DNA of 64,000 nucleotides from a virus (taxonomy: Duplodnaviria > Caudoviricetes): IMG/VR virus record IMGVR_UViG_3300027749_000080, positions 1-64,000 of that record, one strand, 5' to 3'. Positions 1-8,788 of the stretch are shown here, piece after piece. The stretch's first letter is position 1. The number at the start of each line of letters is the position of its first letter. The notes under the pieces are model-generated. The model saw nothing but the letters and a program-made list of their open reading frames with translations, did not search any database and was not told the origin of the DNA. The position numbers and the translations under genes are program-made.

Positions 1-2
1 CT

Positions 3-140
3 TCGCAAGAAGACTTAACTCGACTACTTCAATCTGGCATGGAAGTTGTAATCGAAGAGTATATTCAAAGAATCGAAAATCAATCTAAAATTATTCTAAA
101 TGAAGCTGGAAGTATTCGAAAAGATAGTAACTCAAATTAA
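3..140 (+). CDS. 3' end of a hypothetical protein (truncated by window start)
   Basis: Frame 3 is open from the window edge (SQEDLTRLLQSGMEVVIEEYIQRIENQSKIILNEAGSIRKDSNSN) to TAA at 138-140, overlapping the next ORF. Confidence 0.5.
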   Translation, partial: SQEDLTRLLQSGMEVVIEEYIQRIENQSKIILNEAGSIRKDSNSN

Positions 141-471
141 GGAGCAACAGGATAAAAGCCGAACTCTGTATCGATTAGGAGTTGACTTGATGGACTATGA
201 GGATTCTTATTGTGCGACTATTACTTTATTACTTAGAGCGTATTATGGAAAGGAGGCAGAGGATTGGATTTCTTGGTTTATTTATGAGAGGGATGACTTA
301 GCCGAAGAGCCAAATCAAGCTTGGGATAAAGACGGTAATCCAATTTGTTATGATATTCCAAGTCTTTGGAAATGTGTTGAGGAAATGAGATGCTCAACTG
401 ATTTTGTTGAGTATGGTCTTGAAAAAACTAATCTTGACCTATTTGAATCTATTTTTGGCAGGCCTCATTAA
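100..471 (+). CDS. hypothetical protein
   Basis: 123-aa ORF in a tightly packed plus-strand run; no recognised motif. Confidence 0.7.
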   Translation: MKLEVFEKIVTQIKEQQDKSRTLYRLGVDLMDYEDSYCATITLLLRAYYGKEAEDWISWFIYERDDLAEEPNQAWDKDGNPICYDIPSLWKCVEEMRCSTDFVEYGLEKTNLDLFESIFGRPH

Positions 472-490
472 TATTTAGTATAATAGCTAT

Positions 491-949
491 ATGATACACT
501 CAAATCAAAATAAACTAGTTGATAAGATTAGTCGAATGCATAGATTTAAAAGGCTATCTCAACTACTTGCGCTTCGCATAGCTAAAGCACTTGATCCAAC
601 TACAATTAAGTCAAAAAACTTTGATAATAGCGAGCGTGAAGCCGCTAGCGTTTTTAAAAAAATGATTAAATTGTCAAATAGTGAATTGTTAATTAGTCCA
701 GTACTTGGCAAACACTATGTTAAAAATGATGAGAACCATATTTTAATAATAATGGATCAAAACGAACTTACTGTTATTAATCATGTATTTGGTTATAATA
801 TTAGTCTTTCACCAAAAACCTATAAAACTTTATACAATGCATTTGTTGGAGAAGTTGAAATACGGCGAAATGAAATGGAAGCTAATTTTAGAAATAATGT
901 CAAACACTCATTAAAAACCTTAATTACTAAAATAGATGAACAAGTTTAA
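491..949 (+). CDS. hypothetical protein
   Basis: 152-aa ORF; TATAAT-like hexamer just upstream. Confidence 0.7.
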   Translation: MIHSNQNKLVDKISRMHRFKRLSQLLALRIAKALDPTTIKSKNFDNSEREAASVFKKMIKLSNSELLISPVLGKHYVKNDENHILIIMDQNELTVINHVFGYNISLSPKTYKTLYNAFVGEVEIRRNEMEANFRNNVKHSLKTLITKIDEQV

Positions 950-1217
950 TAGATTATTCATAACCGGCGCAAGTATTATTATACTAGCAACAGCACTGGT
1001 AGTTACAGGTACAGTCTTTGCTGTATTTAAACCTCAGTCAGCTAAGGTTATATTAGAAGTAGACTCGATCCAGCATGATACAATTAGAATTGAAACTAAG
1101 ATTGTCATTCACGATACACTAAGGATACCGGCGTCATGTAAAAAAAATCACTGTGATGTAGTTGTAACAAATACTGTTTCAAGTACACCAGACACAATTA
1201 AAAAACAAATAGATTAA
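936..1217 (+). CDS. small membrane-anchored protein
   Basis: N-terminal hydrophobic helix (LFITGASIIILATALVVTGTVFAVF) followed by a soluble tail with DSI/DTI/DTL/DTI motifs. Confidence 0.7.
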   Translation: MNKFNRLFITGASIIILATALVVTGTVFAVFKPQSAKVILEVDSIQHDTIRIETKIVIHDTLRIPASCKKNHCDVVVTNTVSSTPDTIKKQID

Positions 1218-1219
1218 TT

Positions 1220-1855
1220 ATGGAAATAGGATTTGCTGATACATTCTTTGATAGTTTCAAAAGAATGATTAATAGAGAACGCTGGTATTGGAAAACCTGG
1301 GATTTTTTCAGATATGATTTACCTAGAGGTTTAAAAAATATGTGGATGTTTCGCAAAGCTGTCTGGAATTATAGATGGTGGAGCGGTCAACACGCAGTAT
1401 TACCGTTATTACAAGTTGCGCTCCATAATATAGCAATCCGAATTGAAAGAGACGGCATTGAAGAAGAAACCAGCTCAGGTAAAAAGGTTAAAGCTATGAA
1501 ACGCGCAGCAGAACTTATGCAACATTTTATTGATGATGATTTTATCCAACTGGCTGAGGCTGAATTAGGCGAAACCATACATCATCCATGGGAATTTGAA
1601 GATGTTCCAGATAAACCAGGATATTCTCAATTAGTAGATCACGATACGCCGGAAGAACGTGAACATAATCGTAAAGTATTTGCACGATCTCGTGAAATTG
1701 AAGAGCAAGAATGGAACGAATTATGTCACCTAATAAAGGGTCAAGATTATTCAAAATTTGAAAAGGATACTAATGGAGATATTGAACATAAAACCGCATG
1801 GGACAATTGGCAAAAACAATTTGACGGTAGCGGATTACGCGGCTGGTGGGACTAA
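1220..1855 (+). CDS. hypothetical phage protein (Trp-rich, ends GLRGWWD)
   Basis: 211-aa ORF contiguous with its neighbours. Confidence 0.75.
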   Translation: MEIGFADTFFDSFKRMINRERWYWKTWDFFRYDLPRGLKNMWMFRKAVWNYRWWSGQHAVLPLLQVALHNIAIRIERDGIEEETSSGKKVKAMKRAAELMQHFIDDDFIQLAEAELGETIHHPWEFEDVPDKPGYSQLVDHDTPEEREHNRKVFARSREIEEQEWNELCHLIKGQDYSKFEKDTNGDIEHKTAWDNWQKQFDGSGLRGWWD

Positions 1856-1878
1856 TAAAATAACTACAATACATATAC

Positions 1879-3858
1879 ATGGCAAAACAGAATAGCAAAA
1901 CCGGCAAAACACCAATGCTTGATTCATTCGGTAAAGATCTTACTCAACTTGCACTAGAGGGCAAATTAGATCCAGTAGTTGGCAGAGAGAAAGAAATACG
2001 CAGATGTAGTCAAATCTTGGCTCGTAGAAAGAAAAATAATCCTCTCTTGATTGGGGAACCTGGAGTAGGTAAAACTGCAATCGTTGAAGGTCTTGCTAAA
2101 ATGATTATTGATAAAACCTGTCCGCGAGTTTTATTTGATAAGAAAATAATAACTCTTGAACTGGCGAATTTAGTAGCAGGTACAAAATATCGAGGTCAGT
2201 TTGAAGAGCGCATGGAACAAATAATAGAAGAGGTTCAGGTAAATCCAAATGTTATTCTGTTCATTGATGAAATTCATACCTTAATTGGAGCAGGTTCTGC
2301 AAGTGGATCATTAGATGCTGCAAATATCCTAAAACCAGCACTTAGTCGTGGAGAAATTCAGTGTATTGGTGCAACCACACTAGACGAGTTTAGAGGATCA
2401 ATTGAAAAAGATGGTGCTCTTAGTCGCCGCTTTCAACAGGTAATGGTAAATCCATCTACCCTAGAACAGTCACGCCAGATCATTGAGAATATCAGATCTA
2501 AATATGAAGATCATCATTCAGTTAAGTATACTGATGAGGCACTTGATGCATGTGTTGCATATAGTGACCGATATTTACAGGACAGATTTTTACCAGATAA
2601 AGCAATTGACTTAATGGACGAAGCTGGTGCAGCAGTTCATATCAATGGAGTAGTTGTGCCAGAAGCAATTAAAAAATTAGAAGAAAAATTTGTTGAGGTA
2701 AGTGCTAAAAAACAAAAAGCAGTCGATGCACAACAATACGAAGCGGCTGCAAAACTTAGAGATGATGCTCTTAAAGTAATGAAAGATATTGATGATGAAA
2801 AGGTTCAATGGGAAGAGTCGTTAAAGATTAATCGACTAACTGTATCAGAAGAAGATATTGCAAATGTTGTTGCAATTATGACAGGTATACCGGTTACCCG
2901 ATTAAAAGGTTCGGAGCTTGAACGGTTATCAACAATGGCTAAGTGGTTAAAAGAAAGAGTTATTGGTCAATCTGAAGCCGTGTCTAAATTAACTAAAGCA
3001 ATTCAACGCTCAAGAGCAGGTCTTAAATCTAAAAATCGGCCAATCGGTACATTCATGTTCCTAGGCCCAACTGGAGTTGGTAAAACCGAATTAGCTAAAC
3101 AGTTAGCAAAATTTCTGTTTGATACAGATGATTCCCTAATCAGAATTGATATGACTGAATTTGGAGAAAAATTCACATCAACCAAATTAATAGGAGCTCC
3201 TCCAGGCTATGTAGGATATGAAGAAGGAGGGCAGTTAACCGAAAAAGTAAAACGCAAACCCTATTCAGTTATCTTATTAGATGAAGTTGAGAAAGCCCAT
3301 CCAGATATTTTCCATACCCTATTGCAAGTATTAGACGAAGGCCATATGACTGATGGACTTGGCCGAAAAATAGATTTTAAGAATACTGTAATTATTATGA
3401 CTTCAAATTTAGGAGTTAAGGAATTACAAGATTTTGGTGGAGGTATTGGATTCTCATCATCAACTCCATTTGAACAGCAAAAAGAATTAGCGTCAGGTAT
3501 TTTAAGAAAAGCGGTTAGTAAACAGTTTGCACCAGAATTTATTAATCGACTAGATGATATTATTATATTTGAGTCCCTAAAGAAAGAGGATGTTGCTCAA
3601 ATAATTGAAGTTGAATTATTAGATCTTTATTCAAGAGTAAAGGAAAACGGTTATACTGTTGAATTAACGAAGTCAGCAAAAGAATTCTTAATTGAAGCAG
3701 GTTACGATCATAAATTTGGAGCTCGTCCATTAAAAAGAGCTATTCAAACTCATGTTGAAGATCTTATAGCTGAAGCATATATTGATGGTAAAATTAAAGA
3801 TGGAGATCAATTAGTGATTAACCATAAGGCTAAAGATACAAAGTTAACTATTAAATAA
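1879..3858 (+). CDS. clpC: ClpC-type AAA+ unfoldase lacking the N-terminal domain
   Basis: Two Walker A motifs ([16 protein letters not shown]), Walker B (FIDEIH, LLDEVEK), pore loops KYRG/GYVG, UVR-like middle segment ([11 protein letters not shown]), IGF loop, GARPLKR. Confidence 0.92.
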   Translation: MAKQNSKTGKTPMLDSFGKDLTQLALEGKLDPVVGREKEIRRCSQILARRKKNNPLLIGEPGVGKTAIVEGLAKMIIDKTCPRVLFDKKIITLELANLVAGTKYRGQFEERMEQIIEEVQVNPNVILFIDEIHTLIGAGSASGSLDAANILKPALSRGEIQCIGATTLDEFRGSIEKDGALSRRFQQVMVNPSTLEQSRQIIENIRSKYEDHHSVKYTDEALDACVAYSDRYLQDRFLPDKAIDLMDEAGAAVHINGVVVPEAIKKLEEKFVEVSAKKQKAVDAQQYEAAAKLRDDALKVMKDIDDEKVQWEESLKINRLTVSEEDIANVVAIMTGIPVTRLKGSELERLSTMAKWLKERVIGQSEAVSKLTKAIQRSRAGLKSKNRPIGTFMFLGPTGVGKTELAKQLAKFLFDTDDSLIRIDMTEFGEKFTSTKLIGAPPGYVGYEEGGQLTEKVKRKPYSVILLDEVEKAHPDIFHTLLQVLDEGHMTDGLGRKIDFKNTVIIMTSNLGVKELQDFGGGIGFSSSTPFEQQKELASGILRKAVSKQFAPEFINRLDDIIIFESLKKEDVAQIIEVELLDLYSRVKENGYTVELTKSAKEFLIEAGYDHKFGARPLKRAIQTHVEDLIAEAYIDGKIKDGDQLVINHKAKDTKLTIK

Positions 3859-4694
3859 TGAAGATACTTGTAACTGGCGATCAGGGATTTATCGCAAAAA
3901 ATCTAATAGGTAAATTAGATAAAAACTTGACGGTTTATGGAATAGACGTTAATGATTTTATGGTGGTTGACGATTGGCAAAGTCAATTAATTGATATTGT
4001 TGCAAGCTTATCGCCTGACGTAATATTTCATGTTGGAGCATGTTCTGATACGCTAGAACAGAATGTAAATTACATGATGAATCTTAATTATGAAGCCACT
4101 AAAATATTATCTGAATATTGTTATATGGCAAATTGTAAAATGATCTATTCATCATCTGCTGCAAACTATGGGGTTAATGGAAAGAACCCATCTAACCTAT
4201 ATGGCTGGAGCAAATATGCAGCTGAAGATATAGTAAAAGCAAAGGGCGGAATTGCACTTAGATATTTTAATGTGTATGGACCTGGTGAAGAACATAAAGG
4301 CAAAATGGCATCAGTTGCATATCAATCATGGTTAAAAAGGCAAGCTGAAGAAAGGGTAATATTGTTTCCAAAGAAACCAACTAGAGATTTTGTTTATGTT
4401 GATGATATTGTTTCTGCAAACTTACATGCACTTGAGAATTACGAGCAATTTGCAGGCAATCATTTTGATGTAGGCAGCGGAGAGTCAAGATCTTTTGAAG
4501 AAGTTATGCAATTGATGCAAATACCATTTGAATACACTGAGGACTCAATAATTCCTAGCGGATATCAATTTTTTACAATAAGTAACAAAAATGAATGGTT
4601 ACCTGGCTGGACACCTTTATGGACAATTGATACTGGAGTTCCAGCATATTTAGAATATTTAAAAAAATCAAAAGAAGATGGGTCATCAAATTAA
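3858..4694 (+). CDS. hldD: ADP-L-glycero-D-manno-heptose 6-epimerase-like NAD-dependent epimerase
   Basis: TGDQGFIA Rossmann motif, FHVGACSDT, YSSSAANYG, YGWSK (YxxxK), LRYFNVYGPGEEHKGKMAS, all typical of HldD/RfaD. Confidence 0.8.
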   Translation: MKILVTGDQGFIAKNLIGKLDKNLTVYGIDVNDFMVVDDWQSQLIDIVASLSPDVIFHVGACSDTLEQNVNYMMNLNYEATKILSEYCYMANCKMIYSSSAANYGVNGKNPSNLYGWSKYAAEDIVKAKGGIALRYFNVYGPGEEHKGKMASVAYQSWLKRQAEERVILFPKKPTRDFVYVDDIVSANLHALENYEQFAGNHFDVGSGESRSFEEVMQLMQIPFEYTEDSIIPSGYQFFTISNKNEWLPGWTPLWTIDTGVPAYLEYLKKSKEDGSSN

Positions 4695-5058
4695 ACCAAC
4701 AGTTTGCAAAGGTTGTGAAGTTCCAAAAGGTTGGGGCAGAGAAATTATAATTGAAAATAATGATAAGTACTGTGGCAAGATTTTACAATTTAACGAAGGT
4801 TGTAAATTCTCAATGCACTATCATTTGCTTAAGGATGAAACTTGGTACGTTAACACGGGAGCATTCATATACAGATGGATTGATACTGAAACTGCTGAAG
4901 TTCAAGAGCAGACTCTTACGGTAGGCGATGTAGTTCGTCAGTTACCTGGGCAACCTCATCAAATTGAAGCACTATCTGATGGAGAAATATTTGAGGTCTC
5001 AACAACTCATATGGATGAAGATTCATATCGCGTGTGGAAAGGCGACAGTCAAAAATAA
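4678..5058 (+). CDS. cupin-domain protein (sugar isomerase-like)
   Basis: VPKGWGRE, SMHYH..KDETWYV, PGQPH cupin metal motifs; lies within the sugar gene cluster. Confidence 0.75.
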   Translation: MGHQIKPTVCKGCEVPKGWGREIIIENNDKYCGKILQFNEGCKFSMHYHLLKDETWYVNTGAFIYRWIDTETAEVQEQTLTVGDVVRQLPGQPHQIEALSDGEIFEVSTTHMDEDSYRVWKGDSQK

Positions 5059-5067
5059 TTTAATAGC

Positions 5068-5850
5068 ATGAAAAAAATTCTTGTAATAGGCGAAGCCTGT
5101 ATTGACATATTTGAATATGGTAAATGTACCCGACTTAATCCTGAAGCCCCAACTCCAATTTTTCAATCAGATCATATTGAAACCAATGGTGGAATGGCAA
5201 GTAATGTATACGGTAATATCAGAAGCATTGCTGGAAATTGGGAAATTGATGTTGATTTTATAGGTCAAGCAAATGGAAAAATTACCAAACACCGATTTGT
5301 AGATATTAATTCAAACTATATTCTATTACGGGTAGATAATGATGGACCAGTTGAACCACTTACAATTGGTTCGCTTGATTCGGAAATTTTATATCAAATT
5401 ACATCCGCTGATATTGTAGTAGTTTCTGACTATAATAAAGGTTTTCTAACTGAAGAAACCTTAGAAAAGATTGCACGCCACGCTAAATTAAGTTTTATTG
5501 ATACTAAAAAACCTCTAGGCTGGTGGGCTAATGATTTTAATTTTATTAAGATTAATAAAAAAGAGTTTGAGAATCCAGCACACAATAAGGACTTCATTAA
5601 GGGTAGTATGGATAAGCTAATTATTACGCTTGGAGCAGAAGGCGCCAAATGGAACGGAACTCAAGTATATCCGCTTAACCCAACTGAAGTAAAGGACGTA
5701 TCTGGTGCTGGTGATAGCTTTATTGCTGGCTTGGTGGTTGAATATCTAAAAAGTAATGATATTATCCAAGCTATTCAATTTGCTAATGTCTGTGCAGGTA
5801 TAGCAGTTTCACAAAAGGGCGTAGTTTCAGTAGAGTGTCCAGATAAATAA
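5068..5850 (+). CDS. rfaE: PfkB-family kinase, HldE/RfaE domain I (heptose-7-phosphate kinase-like)
   Basis: RLNPEAPTP, GGMASNV, SDYNKG, DVSGAGDSF signature. Confidence 0.82.
   Translation: MKKILVIGEACIDIFEYGKCTRLNPEAPTPIFQSDHIETNGGMASNVYGNIRSIAGNWEIDVDFIGQANGKITKHRFVDINSNYILLRVDNDGPVEPLTIGSLDSEILYQITSADIVVVSDYNKGFLTEETLEKIARHAKLSFIDTKKPLGWWANDFNFIKINKKEFENPAHNKDFIKGSMDKLIITLGAEGAKWNGTQVYPLNPTEVKDVSGAGDSFIAGLVVEYLKSNDIIQAIQFANVCAGIAVSQKGVVSVECPDK
5843..5850 (+). promoter_or_regulatory. T4-type late promoter ATAAATAA (overlaps upstream stop codon)
   Basis: Same octamer recurs 5-90 nt before many structural/late genes; T4 late consensus is TATAAATA. Confidence 0.65.
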
Positions 5851-5869
5851 TTAAAAATATCCATACACA

Positions 5870-6829
5870 ATGGGAAAATTTGGTAAAAATAAACTACCTA
5901 AGTTCATGAATAAACCTGATGATAGAATAGGTTCAAACCCTCACATCCAAGAGGAACACCAGGATGATGAAATGCAACCAACAATAGTATCTATGTCTGG
6001 CCACGGAGATGACCATGCAATGATTGTAATTAGAACTAAAAGCGGCGAAGAATTAGAGCTTCAATTTAATTATGATGGAGAAGGAATGTTAACTGCTCAA
6101 CACGGTGAACATGAATATTCTATTCCAGTAGAGGTTGAATATGTAGAAACTGAAGAAGTTGATGAAAAACTTAAGGGCAAACAGGTAAAATTAGATAAGA
6201 ATCATAACGGTAAAATTGATTCAGAAGATTTTAAATTACTTAATAAATCTAAAAAGTCTAAAAAAGATACTGAAGGTAAAGTTGCTGAAACTTTTGAAGG
6301 TTTTGTAAATGAGTGCTGGACTCCTATGGAAGAAGGTTACAATCTAGCAATGTCAGAAGAAGCTAAAAGAGCAATAAAAGCACTATGCGAAGAAATGTTA
6401 ATTCAAGAAGCTCAAAGATGTGATGAAGATGCTGACCCAATGCATACTTACGAAAACTATTTAAACGAATGTGGTTCATATATGACTGAGTGCATGATGG
6501 AAGCTGCTGCTAGTATGCCAGTAGAAGAGTCAGAGGAAGACTTAACGGCTAATCAATATTACCCTAACCGAAAATTAAGAGGTTTGGACAGAGAGGCAAA
6601 GCTTGCAGCAAATGCAGACTTTGCAAACGATCCAGAAATAGCAAATCCTACTCCTAGAGGAATATATTCATGTAAAAACTGCGGAACTAAATACGATGGT
6701 TACCCAGGTCATAAATGCAAAAAGTGCAAAGCAGAAGGAATGTCACAGGATCCAGATAGCCAAAGTAATGAATTAAGGCGCAGACATCCAATACGTGATG
6801 AAGACGATACTGCTGGGCTTTATTATTAA
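5870..6829 (+). CDS. acidic late protein with EF-hand-like loop, internal FEGFVNE tag and C-terminal Cys cluster
   Basis: DKNHNGKIDSED loop; ETFEGFVNE; CKNC...CKKC. Confidence 0.75.
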   Translation: MGKFGKNKLPKFMNKPDDRIGSNPHIQEEHQDDEMQPTIVSMSGHGDDHAMIVIRTKSGEELELQFNYDGEGMLTAQHGEHEYSIPVEVEYVETEEVDEKLKGKQVKLDKNHNGKIDSEDFKLLNKSKKSKKDTEGKVAETFEGFVNECWTPMEEGYNLAMSEEAKRAIKALCEEMLIQEAQRCDEDADPMHTYENYLNECGSYMTECMMEAAASMPVEESEEDLTANQYYPNRKLRGLDREAKLAANADFANDPEIANPTPRGIYSCKNCGTKYDGYPGHKCKKCKAEGMSQDPDSQSNELRRRHPIRDEDDTAGLYY

Positions 6830-6850
6830 TAGCTCTAATTATTTTAAATT

Positions 6851-6877
6851 AAAAGCCCGTTTATCGGGCTTTTTTTA
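6851..6877 (+). terminator. rho-independent terminator
   Basis: AAAGCCCG-TTTAT-CGGGCTTT followed by a T run. Confidence 0.85.
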
Positions 6878-6906
6878 TTTAGGCTGGAACGGGAATAAAT
6901 AATCCT

Positions 6907-7179
6907 ATGGATATGCACAATTCAAAAATGTCATCTGGTGAAGTTACGGTTCCTGCAAGTTCGTTTAATCAACAAACTGACCGGAATATTCAACCCAGCC
7001 CTACTGGAATCAGTATGGGTGGAATACCGACATTCTGGTTATCAAGTCAACCTATTTCTAGACGTGATATGACAGCTAACTCAACACCGCTTGGCGCAAA
7101 CCCAAAGAGCTATAAAGTTCTTAAGTTTGAGGAATTCCATTCTGGTAAATACCAAGGCGATCCAGAAATTGATAAATAA
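6907..7179 (+). CDS. hypothetical late protein (VLKFEEF tag near C-terminus)
   Basis: ATAAATAA at 6895-6902 immediately upstream. Confidence 0.65.
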   Translation: MDMHNSKMSSGEVTVPASSFNQQTDRNIQPSPTGISMGGIPTFWLSSQPISRRDMTANSTPLGANPKSYKVLKFEEFHSGKYQGDPEIDK

Positions 7180-7194
7180 CAAAAAACAATTACT

Positions 7195-7566
7195 ATGAGT
7201 AACAAAATTTTAAATTTCAAAGACTTTAAAACTGGTGGAAAACTTAGTGACCCAAAAACTGCAACTAGCGTAAAAGCAGCAGATCCAGTTAAAAAGGAAA
7301 AGTCAATAGACCAAGTAAAAAGAGCTGACTTAACTCATCCTAAAATTACCGTGCCTGACTATTCAAAAACAGTCAAGACTCCAGTAATGGAAGGTGTAAT
7401 TGAAGATACTCAAGTTAAAATTGATGATCTTAAACTGCAATTATCTAAATTAAGCCAGACTGATGCAACATATTTACAAAAGAAAAGGGATATGGATGCT
7501 CAAATTGCAACATTAACTAAGGCTAGTGAAGATGCTGCGAAAGTAGCAACTACTGCAACAAAATAA
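7195..7566 (+). CDS. hypothetical late protein (N-terminal ILNFKDF tag, C-terminal coiled coil)
   Basis: ATAAATAA at 7172-7179 upstream. Confidence 0.7.
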   Translation: MSNKILNFKDFKTGGKLSDPKTATSVKAADPVKKEKSIDQVKRADLTHPKITVPDYSKTVKTPVMEGVIEDTQVKIDDLKLQLSKLSQTDATYLQKKRDMDAQIATLTKASEDAAKVATTATK

Positions 7567-7579
7567 AAAAATTAACTAA

Positions 7580-8320
7580 ATGACTTTAGACGAATTAATA
7601 TTAGATGTACAGAATGAATTGACATTTGCTAAAGCATTGCCGTATTCAATTCCTGAACAAGAGATTAAGCGTATTATTACAATCGCTGAAAGATATTTTT
7701 ACGATAACTGGAAACATGCAGTTGAGCCAAGATATTTACTAATACCGAATAACGTATTTACAAATCCAGCATTTAAAGTTGACCGTTCAATTCAATTACC
7801 TGATTGTGTAGGATTTGTACATAATGTAATGGAAGCAAAGGGTGGAGCATCAATGTTTGGGACAATGGATTTAGACTTTGCGGATAATAAATTTATTGGA
7901 TCAGAAATGTTCCTAACTCCATTTATTGGAGAGTCAATTATGTATCGTACTGTTATATTTTCTTTTCTAGACCTGGTTAAAGGTTTTACAATTGATACAT
8001 TTGCATACGACTATAATAAAAATACCCGAAAATTAGCAATTCTTGGAAGAACTCCAAAGGGTTCTCAAATGGTAGTTCATATTGCTAAAAAGATTCCAGC
8101 TGATGATCTATACAATGATGAGGTATTTCAAAGATACGTTAGAGCAAAAGCTAAATTGAGACTTGGTGATCTACTTACAACCTTTGACTATAATTTACCA
8201 GGTGGAATAAAACCTAATTATGCAAACTTAGTAACCAAAGCCGAAGCTGAATTAGCTGGAGTTATGGAGATGATGAAAACTGAAAATACTGCCGACTTCT
8301 TGTACTTTGCAAGATGGTAA
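7580..8320 (+). CDS. gp13: neck/head-completion protein, T4 gp13-like
   Basis: C-terminal LYNDEVFQRYVRAKAK...NLPGGIKPN..LVTKAEAEL matches the gp13 YN..W...YA.A..K....LPGGV...L...A pattern. Confidence 0.7.
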   Translation: MTLDELILDVQNELTFAKALPYSIPEQEIKRIITIAERYFYDNWKHAVEPRYLLIPNNVFTNPAFKVDRSIQLPDCVGFVHNVMEAKGGASMFGTMDLDFADNKFIGSEMFLTPFIGESIMYRTVIFSFLDLVKGFTIDTFAYDYNKNTRKLAILGRTPKGSQMVVHIAKKIPADDLYNDEVFQRYVRAKAKLRLGDLLTTFDYNLPGGIKPNYANLVTKAEAELAGVMEMMKTENTADFLYFARW

Positions 8321-8327
8321 TTAATAT

Positions 8328-8714
8328 ATGATTCAACCAGTAGGAAAAGACCTTTATTTAAGAGCACCAGGCGATCCAAATTATCAAGAAGGGGTATTTG
8401 AATCAAATGACTCGATTGAAAATGCGCTTCAGCAGGTACGTATGGTATTACTAACCAGACCAGGTGAAGTATTAGGTGAAGATATTGGATTTAATGCTGA
8501 AAAATATCTTTTTGAATTTGAATTTTCAAGTCTTGAACCTATGGAAAAAGATGCAAATGACCAAATTAATGAATATGTGCTTTTTTCTAAACCGTATAAG
8601 ATAACTGCTGCTGGATTTACAATGGAAGATATTGGTGATCCATATAAAGTTGGATTGGGCCTAGATATTAAAGTAGATGGTAAATCTGCATTTGCAACAA
8701 TGTTTGACCTTTAA
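8328..8714 (+). CDS. gp25: baseplate wedge subunit, gp25-like
   Basis: ALQQVRMVLLTRPGEVLGEDIG...YLFE...INEY gp25 pattern; size 128 aa. Confidence 0.7.
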   Translation: MIQPVGKDLYLRAPGDPNYQEGVFESNDSIENALQQVRMVLLTRPGEVLGEDIGFNAEKYLFEFEFSSLEPMEKDANDQINEYVLFSKPYKITAAGFTMEDIGDPYKVGLGLDIKVDGKSAFATMFDL

Positions 8715-8732
8715 TTACTGGTTAGACCTAAT

Positions 8733-8760
8733 AAAAAAGCGAAGAGTTATCTTCGCTTTT
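8733..8760. terminator. bidirectional terminator between convergent genes
   Basis: AAAAGCGAAGA-GTTA-TCTTCGCTTTT. Confidence 0.85.
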
Positions 8761-8788
8761 CTTGTTTATATTAAAATGTAATAATTGG

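Noticed and set aside
1879-5850. Bacterial chromosome segment or prophage boundary (clpC plus LPS-type genes)
   Set aside because: Same composition, gene packing and promoter motifs as the flanking phage genes; no integrase or att-like junction
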